DNA of 41,374 nt from an uncultured Gammaproteobacteria bacterium (GCA_964428535.1 CAYRYK010000003.1:1-41374); one strand, 5' to 3'; positions 27,663-36,713 are shown, counted from the stretch's first letter. Numbers and translations are program-made. Notes: a model not told the origin generated them from the sequence alone.

Positions 27663-29393
27663 TTATTTAACGGTGACACTTTTGGCCAAGTTTCGTGGTT
27701 TGTCGGGATCATAACCGTGGATTTGACAAAGTTGACCAGCCAAAAGTTGGGCGACAACGGTTAAAGATAATACGGTTGATAAACCAGAATCGGAAACTGG
27801 CAAATAATCATCAAAAACTGAATTATTTTGAGGAGAAATACCAATTATTTGACCACCACGGGCTTTGATTTCGGTGGCAGTGGAAATAATATCGTCATAA
27901 TGACTGTCATTGGGAGCAATAATCAAACAAGGAGTATCCGGTTCAATAAGAGCAATAGGGCCATGTTTGAGTTCGCCACCAGAAAAACTTTCGGCATGAA
28001 TGTAGGAAACTTCTTTGATTTTGAGAGCAGTTTCGTGGGCGATAGGTAAAGAATTTCCCCGAGCGATAATAAAAATATGTTGATGTGGGGCAATTTTTTG
28101 AGCGATTGAATTTATTTTGGCTAAATATTTTGGTTTCAAAATTTGTTGGATATCGGAAATTGAGTCAGTTAAATCTTGTCCGATAGATTTGAGGAATAAA
28201 GCCAATTGAGCGGTAAAAGTTTTGGTAGAGAGAACACATTTTTCCGGACCACAGGGTAAAATTTGGCAAACATCAGCCAGACGGTGAAGAGTGGAATAAG
28301 GACTATTGATAATTGAGGCGATAGTAACTCCCCTATTTTTGGCAAAATTAACTAAATTGATAGCATCAATAGTTTCGCCGGATTGAGAAAAAACGACTAA
28401 TAAACTTTTGTCGGTTAAAAAATTATTATAGGGAGAAAATTCTGAGGATGGAAAAGAATAAACCGGTCGATTAATTTTTTGACTGACAATAAGAGAATTA
28501 AAACAAGCGGCGTGATAAGACGAACCACAACCAGTAAAAAATACTTGATCAGCTTTTTTGGCCAATTTTAGAATTTGATTGATAGGTTTGTTTAAATTTT
28601 GCTGATTAATATTGTTGATAATTTGAGGTTGCTGATTGATTTCTTTGGCTAAATAATTAGGATAACCATTAAGATCAGTATCGGCAAGAGAAGAAGAAAT
28701 TTTTTGAATTTGATAATCGACTCGTTTAAAAGTTTGGGTATCAAAAATTTCAACATGTTCTGGAGTAATTTGAGCTAACCAATTATCTTCAAGAAAAATA
28801 AATTGGTTGGTTAAATTGGAAATAGCATTAATATCGGAAGCAATATAATTTTCATTTTTGCCCAGACCAATAACTAAAGGTGAACCGTTTTTGGCGACAA
28901 TAATTTCATTACTTTTGTGTTCTATAACGGCAATAGCATTTAACCCCTGAAGTTGATTGAAAGTTAACCTAACCGATTCAAGAAAATTATATTTTTGATG
29001 ATATTTTTCGATTAAGTGGGCGATAATTTCAGTATCGGTTTGACCTAAAATTTGGTGATTTTTGAGATATTTTTGAAGGGATTGGTAATTTTCAACAATG
29101 CCGTTGTGAACTAAAGCAATTTGACGATGACAATCGAAATGAGGATGACAATTGTCTAAAGTGATACCACCGTGAGTGGCCCAACGAGTGTGGCCAAGGG
29201 CAAGTAAACTCTCAGGAATTTGGTCAGGGAAAGAAGTAATTTTACCTAAAAATTTTTGATCAACCAATTGCTGATCGGTGTCAGCCACGATTCCCCAACT
29301 GTCGTAACCTCGATACTCAAGATTTTTGAGACCATTAAAAACTAAATTACTGTCGTGTTTGGTAGAGCTAATAAATCCGACAATACCACACAT
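27663..29393 (-). CDS. glmS: Glutamine--fructose-6-phosphate aminotransferase
   Basis: It has the MCGIVG Ntn nucleophile, two SIS domains and the C-terminal NLAKSVTVK. The Shine-Dalgarno AAAGGAG lies 5 nt upstream of the ATG. Confidence 0.96.
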   Translation of the reverse strand: MCGIVGFISSTKHDSNLVFNGLKNLEYRGYDSWGIVADTDQQLVDQKFLGKITSFPDQIPESLLALGHTRWATHGGITLDNCHPHFDCHRQIALVHNGIVENYQSLQKYLKNHQILGQTDTEIIAHLIEKYHQKYNFLESVRLTFNQLQGLNAIAVIEHKSNEIIVAKNGSPLVIGLGKNENYIASDINAISNLTNQFIFLEDNWLAQITPEHVEIFDTQTFKRVDYQIQKISSSLADTDLNGYPNYLAKEINQQPQIINNINQQNLNKPINQILKLAKKADQVFFTGCGSSYHAACFNSLIVSQKINRPVYSFPSSEFSPYNNFLTDKSLLVVFSQSGETIDAINLVNFAKNRGVTIASIINSPYSTLHRLADVCQILPCGPEKCVLSTKTFTAQLALFLKSIGQDLTDSISDIQQILKPKYLAKINSIAQKIAPHQHIFIIARGNSLPIAHETALKIKEVSYIHAESFSGGELKHGPIALIEPDTPCLIIAPNDSHYDDIISTATEIKARGGQIIGISPQNNSVFDDYLPVSDSGLSTVLSLTVVAQLLAGQLCQIHGYDPDKPRNLAKSVTVK

Positions 29394-29404
29394 AAATACT
29401 CCTT

Positions 29405-29570
29405 TGGGGTAGTAAAATACCCCGAGTGAAATTTGTAATGGGATGTCACCGGATTTAAATTTTTCTTTTCAAAAAATTCTTTAGGTTGTCCGACACAACC
29501 TGAAGGTACCCGCAGATAATTTCGATTTCCTTCTACCTCGTATTCCGCCACTAGGCGGACCACACGCTAT
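29405..29570 (-). ncRNA. glmS ribozyme: glmS ribozyme (GlcN6P-dependent self-cleaving riboswitch) in the glmS 5' UTR
   Basis: The minus-strand RNA reads AUA/GCGUGUGG-UCCGCCUAGUGGCGGA-AUACGAGGUAGAAGGAAAUCGAAAUUAUCUGCGGGUACCUUC-AGGUUGUGUCGGACAACC-UAAAGAAUUUUUU...CCGGUGA...UCACUCGG. Block by block it parallels the Bacillus glmS ribozyme as I recall it: A/GCGCC, GACGAGG, GGAGGUUAUCGAAUUUUCGGCGGAUGCCUCC, GGCUG..CAGCCGUAAGGAUUUCUU, GGUGAC. CGUG after the cleavage site can pair with UGCG, which mirrors the CGCC/GGCG pseudoknot. Confidence 0.8.
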
Positions 29571-29597
29571 TGATTAATAAAGAGCATCCTTGGATAG

Positions 29598-29606
29598 AGT
29601 ATAACA
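29598..29606 (-). promoter_or_regulatory. Candidate extended -10 (TGTTATACT) for the glmS ribozyme-glmS transcript
   Basis: The minus strand reads cttTTGTTATACTctatccaaggatgctctttattaatcaAUA/GCG, about 30 nt upstream of the predicted cleavage site. Confidence 0.4.
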
Positions 29607-29632
29607 AAAGTTGGAGTTATAATTTGATAAAA

Positions 29633-30544
29633 ATGAAAAGAAAAAATTCTTTAGATAAAAAAATTACTAAGATAAGGAGAATTTTTAATATTGATGAAGT
29701 AATTAATTTGTCATTGGATAAAAAATATATTCAGAGTTATTACAAAAAAAATAGCTGGGCTTATTCCCTGTTTCATAATCGACAAGATCAAATACACATG
29801 GGTATAAGTAAAGATGGAAAATATAAAAAAGATGACTTGTTGGAGGCAGCTAGAATTGTAGAAAGTTATATAAAAACTGAGACAACTGACGTATTGGAAT
29901 TGGCTACTGGGAGAGGAGCAACATCAGTATATTTGGCCAAAAAGTTCCCTAAAATTAATTTTGAAGGAGTAGAACTGAGTCCAGGACATTTGGTTTATGC
30001 CCAAAAAAAAGCTAAAAAAAGATTAAATTATCATCCGGTTTTGGGTGATTATCATAATCTAAGAAATTATAAAAAAGAAAGTTTTGATGTAGTTTTTGTA
30101 ATTGAAGCGTTGTGCCATAGTGATGATAAAAAAAGAGTTTTTGAAGAAGTAAAAAGAGTGTTAAAATCAAACGGAATTTTTGTGGTAATAGATGGTTATT
30201 ATAAAGATGTAAAAAAAATGAATAAGGAAGAGAAAATGGCCAGCAGATTGGTGGAGATAGGAATGGCGGTAAATAATTTTGGAACACATGAAGAATTAAT
30301 TGAAGACAGTAAAATAAATGGGTTTAAATTGGTTAAGGAAGAAAATGTATCGAAAATGATAATGCCAACTTTAAAAAGGTTTGAAAAATTAGCGGAAAAA
30401 TTTTTTAATCACCCAAACGGAGCCAAATTAATAATTAAAAAATTTCCAAAAGAATTTACCTATAATGCCATTTCTGGATTTTTGATGACTGATTTAATTA
30501 GGAGTGGTGTGGCAGAATATTGGATTACGGTATTTAAAAAATAA
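29633..30544 (+). CDS. Class I SAM-dependent methyltransferase
   Basis: It has motif I VLELATGRGATSVYLA and post-I/II blocks DVVFVIEALCH and NGIFVVIDG. I prefer the ATG at 29633; the track's TTG at 29570 would overlap the ribozyme and its promoter. Confidence 0.8.
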   Translation: MKRKNSLDKKITKIRRIFNIDEVINLSLDKKYIQSYYKKNSWAYSLFHNRQDQIHMGISKDGKYKKDDLLEAARIVESYIKTETTDVLELATGRGATSVYLAKKFPKINFEGVELSPGHLVYAQKKAKKRLNYHPVLGDYHNLRNYKKESFDVVFVIEALCHSDDKKRVFEEVKRVLKSNGIFVVIDGYYKDVKKMNKEEKMASRLVEIGMAVNNFGTHEELIEDSKINGFKLVKEENVSKMIMPTLKRFEKLAEKFFNHPNGAKLIIKKFPKEFTYNAISGFLMTDLIRSGVAEYWITVFKK

Positions 30545-30625
30545 AATTAATTCTATTTCTTCCACAACGGAAACAACACCGGCAATCGTTAATCTTGGAC
30601 AACCATATTTTTATTAAAGATAATT

Positions 30626-32116
30626 TTATTGGTTAATATTTAGACTAATTATTTTAGTCGGATAGATACGGTCGAGGAAATAACGATCGTGAGAAATAAT
30701 TAATAGAGTCTCGGAATAAGAAATTAGGGCTGATTCGAGAGCTTCGCGCGAAGGAATATCCAAATAATTGGTGGGTTCATCGAGAATAATAAAATTAGCT
30801 CCGGAAGCCATGATGGCCGATAAAGATAATTTTGATTTTTGACCACTACTTAATCGGTTAACTTCGGTGTCCAAATCGTCTTCGGTAAAAAGAAATCTTT
30901 TGGCCAAACGATAAGCACTGGTACGATCAATTTTTGATTGAGTAATTAAATAATCTAATAAACTGAGAGAAGAATTTATTTGATGATGTTCTTGAGGTAG
31001 ATAACCGATGTCGACATGATTACCTATTTGAACATTGCCAGTGTTTGGTGTTATTTGACCAAGAATAGTTTTGATGAGAGTGGATTTTCCTGAACCATTA
31101 GGACCGATAAGAGCGAGATGATCGTGTTGATTAATAGCCAAAGAAAAATTTTTAATAATACTTTGATGGTCAAATTCGACCGAAATATTATTTAAATAAG
31201 CAACAACCTGACTGCTTTCTTGATGTGGTTTAAAGATGAGTGATAGTTCAGGAATTGGCTGAGGTTTTTCGATACCAGATTCGTTTAATTCTTTAGTCAA
31301 CATTTTTTCAGTAGATTTGGCCCGAGAAGCAGAGGCAGCGGCTTGTTTGCGAATTTTAAAGTCGGCGCCAGAAGTATTAATTTCCCGTTGCTGAGTTTTG
31401 TTTTTGACAACTCGGATTAATTCTTGAAGACGGACAACTTTTTTCTCTTGAGCAATAAAATTTCTTTGTTGAGCGTCGAGTTCAATTTGTTTTTGATGTT
31501 TATAAAAAGAATAATTACCACCATAAGTTTTGATATGGCCATCGTCTAACTCAAAAACGATATTAGTAACGTTATCTAAAAATCGGCGGTCATGAGAGAC
31601 GATTAAAAAAGCGCCTGGGTAATTTTGAAGATAATTTTCTAACCATTGGATAGATTCAATATCTAAATGATTAGTCGGTTCATCGAGAAGTAAAATATCC
31701 GGCTGCTGAATTAAAATTCGGGCTAAATAAACTTTGGTTTTTTGACCGGCAGAAAGTTGACCAAAAAATTTGGTGGCAATATCGCCGATTTGAAGATCGT
31801 TGAGAGCAATATAAATTTGATAAATTTCGGAGTCATTAAGCGACAAAGAATTAATTAAATTATCAGTAACCGAAAGTTGATTATTAAAATCGGCGACTTG
31901 AGGGATAAAACCAACAGAAAGATTTTTGGGGACTTTGATAATTTGACCTTGGTTAGGAAATTCTTGGCCGACAAGAATTTTTAGGAGAGTGGTTTTGCCA
32001 CTGCCGTTTTGGCCAATAAGACCAATATGTTGGCCGTCAGTAATAGTGAAGTTGAGATTATCAAGAATAATTCGGCCAGAATATTCTTTGGTAATCGAAT
32101 TTGATTGAAGTTGCAT
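30626..32116 (-). CDS. ABC-F family ATPase (two ABC domains, no TM domain), 496 aa
   Basis: It has two Walker A motifs ([22 protein letters not shown]), two signature motifs (LSAGQKTKV, LSSGQKSKL) and a charged interdomain linker. I prefer the ATG at 32116 (MQLQSNSITKEYSG) over the in-frame GTG at 32173. Confidence 0.9.
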   Translation of the reverse strand: MQLQSNSITKEYSGRIILDNLNFTITDGQHIGLIGQNGSGKTTLLKILVGQEFPNQGQIIKVPKNLSVGFIPQVADFNNQLSVTDNLINSLSLNDSEIYQIYIALNDLQIGDIATKFFGQLSAGQKTKVYLARILIQQPDILLLDEPTNHLDIESIQWLENYLQNYPGAFLIVSHDRRFLDNVTNIVFELDDGHIKTYGGNYSFYKHQKQIELDAQQRNFIAQEKKVVRLQELIRVVKNKTQQREINTSGADFKIRKQAAASASRAKSTEKMLTKELNESGIEKPQPIPELSLIFKPHQESSQVVAYLNNISVEFDHQSIIKNFSLAINQHDHLALIGPNGSGKSTLIKTILGQITPNTGNVQIGNHVDIGYLPQEHHQINSSLSLLDYLITQSKIDRTSAYRLAKRFLFTEDDLDTEVNRLSSGQKSKLSLSAIMASGANFIILDEPTNYLDIPSREALESALISYSETLLIISHDRYFLDRIYPTKIISLNINQ

Positions 32117-32140
32117 AAAAAAAGCCGGTATTAACCGGCG
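32117..32140 (-). terminator. Intrinsic-terminator-like hairpin plus U7 directly abutting the ABC-F start codon (candidate attenuator)
   Basis: The minus strand reads GCCGGU-UAAU-ACCGGC-UUUUUUU-AUG. Confidence 0.5.
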
Positions 32141-32234
32141 TTTGGATTTAATGAAATAATTAAAGCAAAACACCAGTTCCCTTGTAAAAATGAGGATAAT
32201 TGGTTTAAATGTTTTACATTAACTTCACGAGAGT

Positions 32235-32243
32235 ATTATAGCA
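32235..32243 (-). promoter_or_regulatory. Candidate extended -10 (TGCTATAAT) driving the ABC-F leader
   Basis: The minus strand reads taaaatttTTGCTATAATactctc, just after the SRAP-like gene stop and about 110 nt upstream of the ABC-F ATG. Confidence 0.45.
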
Positions 32244-32249
32244 AAAATT

Positions 32250-32816
32250 TTAAAGACTGATTTTTGAGGATAAATTGAGCAATTTTTCCAGTTGAAAAAG
32301 AGGAGTTTTTTCGTTTAACCAAATAGATTCATTTTGATGATTTAAAATAATGGGCATACGGTCACTAAAAGATTTAAAAAGTGAATTTGATGGAGTAGTA
32401 ATAATGGCATAACTATAAACTTGATGACCACTGACTGGTTCTTCCCATAAATCGTAAATACCGGCAAAAGAAAAAAGCGGTCGGAATTCAATATCAAAAA
32501 ATTTATCACCCAAATAAAAACTATTAGCGGGGACTAAACAACGTTTGGTTTTAAAAGATTGACGAAAACCTAATTTAGTTAGAGATTCGGCTTTAATGTT
32601 AAACATGTTTCGACTAACTCCTCTTTCTTTGGCCCAAAAAGGGATTAATCCCCATTTCATCACCCAGGCTAAAGTCAAACCTTCTTGACGAATAATAATT
32701 GGCTCAATATCGCCAACAGAAACATCGGTATTTGATGGAAATGAAGGTAATCTGTTAGAAGTTTTGAAATGAGAATAAAACTCTGGAGTATAAGCAAGGG
32801 TGTAACGATCAAGCAT
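32250..32816 (-). CDS. SRAP (SOS-response-associated peptidase/YedK/HMCES) family homolog lacking the catalytic residues
   Basis: Family blocks KWGLIPFWAK, FNIKAESL, KRCLVPANSFY, FSFAGIYDLW and AIITTPSN...DRMPIIL are present. The N-terminus is MLDRY, not MCGR, and the block reads SDRMP, not HDRMP. Confidence 0.8.
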   Translation of the reverse strand: MLDRYTLAYTPEFYSHFKTSNRLPSFPSNTDVSVGDIEPIIIRQEGLTLAWVMKWGLIPFWAKERGVSRNMFNIKAESLTKLGFRQSFKTKRCLVPANSFYLGDKFFDIEFRPLFSFAGIYDLWEEPVSGHQVYSYAIITTPSNSLFKSFSDRMPIILNHQNESIWLNEKTPLFQLEKLLNLSSKISL

Positions 32817-32821
32817 TGATT

Positions 32822-33199
32822 TTATTTTGTCTGCCAGAGACCGTGGACATTGCAGTAGGCACGGGCAGTGATATTGTCAGCAGAAATTTCAAAAACAGCT
32901 TCGGGGGTATCGCCTGGTTTTAAAAATTTTTTATAAACTTTATCGTCGGCAATAATTTCAATTAATTCAATATAATGGGCTTCTTCCATAGGGTGTGGGA
33001 TAGAACCAATTTTGACAGTGATTTTGTTTTCGGATTTTTCAATAACAGGCAAATGTTTTTCGTAACCAGTATCTTCGGTCTTACCTTGAAGTAATTCCAT
33101 AGGTTGACCACAACAAACTAGTTCTCCCCCACCAGCATGAATGACTTCAACAATATTGCCACAGACAGGACAGCGATAGATTTGATTTTTGATTGTCAT
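32822..33199 (-). CDS. dfx: Desulfoferrodoxin (2Fe superoxide reductase)
   Basis: It has the N-terminal desulforedoxin CPVCGNIVEV...VCCGQPM and the SOR centre ligands KHLPVI, HPMEEAHYI and CNVHGLW. Confidence 0.9.
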   Translation of the reverse strand: MTIKNQIYRCPVCGNIVEVIHAGGGELVCCGQPMELLQGKTEDTGYEKHLPVIEKSENKITVKIGSIPHPMEEAHYIELIEIIADDKVYKKFLKPGDTPEAVFEISADNITARAYCNVHGLWQTK

Positions 33200-33226
33200 A
33201 ATTTAATTATGAATGAAATTAATGAT

Positions 33227-34090
33227 TTAATCTATAGTTTTAAACTTAACGCCGAGCTTTTGGAAAAGAGTGGAAATATAAAAACCAGCAGCAGTCATAA
33301 CTAAACTCAAAAGCCAATTAATTAAATCTTTTGGAATACCTGGAAAAATACTAATGAGAGTACCTAAAACAAAACCAAACACCATAAAATAGGCAAAATT
33401 TCTATATTTATCAAAAACAAACTTAGTAATTCTGGAGAACAAAAACATACCTAAAATAAAACAAATGCCGACTGGAGCAATGGTCATAATTTGAAAAGCA
33501 GCAGCGGCATGGAGAAGTTTGGAATAAACTCCAAGAGTCATAAGAATCATAGAGATACTCATACCGGGAACCATACTCATCATGCCAGCAATACCACCGG
33601 AAATAGGTAAATAAATTGAATCATTAAGACCAGAATGTAAAGTTAATTTGAAACGAGCAATTAGACCAACACCAGCAGCAAAAAGGAAAGCAGTAATAAT
33701 TCCAAATAGATATTTTTTCTTGAAACCATTTTCATTGGCTTCTCTAAAGATGGTCGGTAAGCTACCACCAATTAAACCAAAAAATAAAAGAAATGCCGGG
33801 ATAGGATATCTTTCAAACATGATTTTTAAAACTTGGATAAGGGAAACAACACTAATAACACCACCAATTCCCATAGGGAAAAGAAAAGTAAAATTTTTTT
33901 TGAAATTTTTGAAAGGATTAGAAATAATGGTGATTAACTCATCGTAAATACCCATCATAACTGCCATAACACTGCCGCTAACCCCTGGGGCAATAACAGC
34001 AATACCCAAAAAGAAGCCACAAAACATACGATAGAAAAAGTTATTACGACGGTATTCTTGTTTGGTTTGAATATTTGAATTTTGAGTCAT
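33227..34090 (-). CDS. DUF368-family polytopic membrane protein (family recently linked to undecaprenyl-phosphate recycling)
   Basis: It has the repeated PGVSGS/PGMSIS signature and about 8 TM helices. Confidence 0.85.
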   Translation of the reverse strand: MTQNSNIQTKQEYRRNNFFYRMFCGFFLGIAVIAPGVSGSVMAVMMGIYDELITIISNPFKNFKKNFTFLFPMGIGGVISVVSLIQVLKIMFERYPIPAFLLFFGLIGGSLPTIFREANENGFKKKYLFGIITAFLFAAGVGLIARFKLTLHSGLNDSIYLPISGGIAGMMSMVPGMSISMILMTLGVYSKLLHAAAAFQIMTIAPVGICFILGMFLFSRITKFVFDKYRNFAYFMVFGFVLGTLISIFPGIPKDLINWLLSLVMTAAGFYISTLFQKLGVKFKTID

Positions 34091-34144
34091 AAGAATGATT
34101 AATTATACCTGATGTAAAAATCCTCTTTGGTATAATTAATTAAG

Positions 34145-34462
34145 ATGAAATTTAATATAAGGCTTTTGTATTTATACTTGTTTTCGTTTGTGGGTTTGTT
34201 AATTACAATTATTGGTAGTATCCAATTAGTAGATTTGGGGATTAAAAGTTATGTTTTTAGAGTGTCGGAATATAGCTATTACGTAGAACCAACTATTGAT
34301 GGCAAACAAACAATTTCTCCTGAGGAACAAGAAAGAAGAAATAAAGAAGAGCAGACAAATCAAAGAAAAAGACAATTATCTAATTCAATTGCGATGATTT
34401 TGGTAGGCGTGCCGGTGTATTTGTACCATTGGAAAACGATCAAAAAAGAAAATAATAGTTAA
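34145..34462 (+). CDS. Small 2-TM membrane protein, unknown function
   Basis: Two hydrophobic helices flank a charged loop (EEQERRNKEEQTNQRKRQ). Confidence 0.5.
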   Translation: MKFNIRLLYLYLFSFVGLLITIIGSIQLVDLGIKSYVFRVSEYSYYVEPTIDGKQTISPEEQERRNKEEQTNQRKRQLSNSIAMILVGVPVYLYHWKTIKKENNS

Positions 34463-34584
34463 CCAGTCCTTATTTATATTCTCAAAATCCTTATTAAGGG
34501 GAATATTTTTTATTATAACAATTGATGGATTTGGTAAAAATAAAATTTTAAATAAATTTCTAAAAATATCAGTTTAAGATCTTT

Positions 34585-34594
34585 GTTATATACT
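34585..34594 (+). promoter_or_regulatory. Candidate extended -10 (TGTTATATACT) 8 nt upstream of the prolyl oligopeptidase GTG
   Basis: The sequence reads ctTTGTTATATACTcatcttggGTG. Confidence 0.4.
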
Positions 34595-34602
34595 CATCTT
34601 GG

Positions 34603-36663
34603 GTGACTAATAATAAAAAACAACCAAAAACAAAGATTGACAGTGTGTCGGAGAAAATCTATGGCGTTAGAGTGGTGGATCAATATCGATGGTTGGAAAA
34701 AAATAATGAAGAAGTTTCCACTTGGATAAAGAATCAACAAAAATATACCGAATCTTTGATTAATAAAATTCCAGTTAGAGAAAAAATCACACGGCGATTA
34801 AAAGAACTTTATCAAATAGATTCAATAGGAGTGCCAGTTCCTTGTAAGGGACACTATTTCTTTTTTAAACGAAAAAACAATGAAGATTTAAGTGTTTTGT
34901 ATGTCAAAAAGGGATTAAATGGCAAACCAAAAGTTTTAATTGATCAAAACAAATTATCAAAAGAAAAGACAACCATAATTAACGATTGGGCAGTTTCGTG
35001 GGATGCTAAATTTTTAGCTTACGAACTATCTAAAGCAAGCAATGATAAGGCCGATATTTGGGTAATGGATGTGGATACTGGTAAAAATTTAAAAGATGTT
35101 ATTCCTGGTGATTTTTACCCAAGTATTTTTTCATGGAAACCGGATAGTAGTGGTTTTTGGTATGCCAGGTCACCTATTGATGTACCAAAAGGTGAAGAAA
35201 AATTTTATAGTAAATTGTATTTTCATAAAATTGGAGATGATTTTAAAAATGATTCACTGGTTTATGGAAAAGATTTAGCCAAAGAAGACCAACCAAGCTC
35301 TCATGTCTCCAAAGATGGACGTTATCTGTTGGTAACCGTTTATTTTTCTTCGACTAAAAAAGAAAAAACGGAAATTTATTTGAAAGATTTAAATAATCCA
35401 GAATCTGATTTTTTACCTGTAATTAAAGGAATAGATTCTTTGTTTTATGGTTCAATATCAGGAAATACTATTTTTGTTAAAACAAATCATAATGCGGCTA
35501 ATTGGAAATTGATGTCAATCAAAATTAATGATATTAAAAAAGGAATTAAAAAGTGGAAGACGATTATCCCTGAAAATAGACTTCGGACAATTGGTGATTA
35601 TATTGTAATCTCAAATAATTTATTTGTAGAATTTTTGAAAAATGCTCACTCTTTACTGAAGTCATACAATTTGTTGGGAAAATTAAAAAGAGAAATTAAA
35701 CTTCCGGGAATTGGTTCTATTAGTGTTTTATCTGGCGAAGAGGATAGCAATGAATTGTTTTTTAATTTTTCTTCATACACTACTCCTGGAGTGGTGTATC
35801 GATATGATTTAAAATCGAAAAATCTTGAAGAGTTTGAAAAACTCAAACTTAAATTTGACGAAAAATTGTTTATAGTTGAACAAATTTGGTATTTGTCTAA
35901 GGATAAGGTAAAGATTCCAATGTTTGTGATTCATAAAAAAGAAATAAAACTTGACGGAAATAATCCAGTAATTCTTTATGGTTATGGTGGATTTAATATA
36001 AGCACAACACCATATTTCAATAGAACAGTTATTCCTTTTTTGGAAGATGGTGGTGTTTATGTGGAAACAAATTTAAGAGGTGGTGGTGAATTTGGAGAAG
36101 AATGGCATAAATCAGGGATGAAAGATAAAAAACAAAATGTGTTTGATGATTTTATTGCAGCAGCTGAATGGCTAATTAAAAATAAATATACAAATAAAAA
36201 TAAATTGGGAATATTTGGATGGAGTAATGGAGGTTTGCTGGTTGGGGCGACAATAACTCAAAGACCGAATCTTTTTAAAGTGGCTATTGTTGGAGCACCA
36301 GTTTTAGATATGATGAGATATCATCTTTTTGACGGAGGCAGATATTGGATTCAAGAATATGGAAGTATGGAAAATGAAGATGAATTTAAATATTTATTAA
36401 AATATAGCCCTTATCATAATGTAAAAAATGGAGAATTTTACCCGGCAACATTAATTTTGACGGCTGATAAGGATGATAGAGTTAGTCCAATGCATGCGTT
36501 TAAAATGACGGCAAAATTGCAAAAAGCTAATAAATCAGACAATCCAATTTTAATTAGAATTGAAACACAGGCTGGTCATAGCGGGGCTGCTTCAATTAAT
36601 CATTTTATACAACAATATGCCGATATGTGGAGTTTTATTTACTGGCAAATGAAAATCGAATAA
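34603..36663 (+). CDS. Prolyl oligopeptidase (S9A family serine peptidase)
   Basis: It has the N-terminal DQYRWLE motif, a beta-propeller region, the nucleophile elbow GWSNGGLL, DDRV and the GHSG catalytic His. The start is GTG. Confidence 0.9.
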   Translation: MTNNKKQPKTKIDSVSEKIYGVRVVDQYRWLEKNNEEVSTWIKNQQKYTESLINKIPVREKITRRLKELYQIDSIGVPVPCKGHYFFFKRKNNEDLSVLYVKKGLNGKPKVLIDQNKLSKEKTTIINDWAVSWDAKFLAYELSKASNDKADIWVMDVDTGKNLKDVIPGDFYPSIFSWKPDSSGFWYARSPIDVPKGEEKFYSKLYFHKIGDDFKNDSLVYGKDLAKEDQPSSHVSKDGRYLLVTVYFSSTKKEKTEIYLKDLNNPESDFLPVIKGIDSLFYGSISGNTIFVKTNHNAANWKLMSIKINDIKKGIKKWKTIIPENRLRTIGDYIVISNNLFVEFLKNAHSLLKSYNLLGKLKREIKLPGIGSISVLSGEEDSNELFFNFSSYTTPGVVYRYDLKSKNLEEFEKLKLKFDEKLFIVEQIWYLSKDKVKIPMFVIHKKEIKLDGNNPVILYGYGGFNISTTPYFNRTVIPFLEDGGVYVETNLRGGGEFGEEWHKSGMKDKKQNVFDDFIAAAEWLIKNKYTNKNKLGIFGWSNGGLLVGATITQRPNLFKVAIVGAPVLDMMRYHLFDGGRYWIQEYGSMENEDEFKYLLKYSPYHNVKNGEFYPATLILTADKDDRVSPMHAFKMTAKLQKANKSDNPILIRIETQAGHSGAASINHFIQQYADMWSFIYWQMKIE

Positions 36664-36713
36664 AAATCTAAATCTCTAAATACTTCGTTTGGCTCGAATT
36701 AGCTATTCTTGGT

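Noticed and set aside
29342-29563. 73-aa minus-strand ORF upstream of and overlapping the glmS start
   Set aside because: It lies exactly over the glmS ribozyme sequence and overlaps the glmS N-terminus in another frame. The conserved RNA motifs explain the region better than a peptide does.
32117-32173. In-frame GTG extension (MFCFNYFIKSKRRLIPAFF) of the ABC-F protein
   Set aside because: The extension would be translated through the terminator hairpin and U-tract. ABC-F proteins normally start just before the first beta-strand (MQLQSNSITKEYSG). It cannot be fully excluded without N-terminal proteomics.
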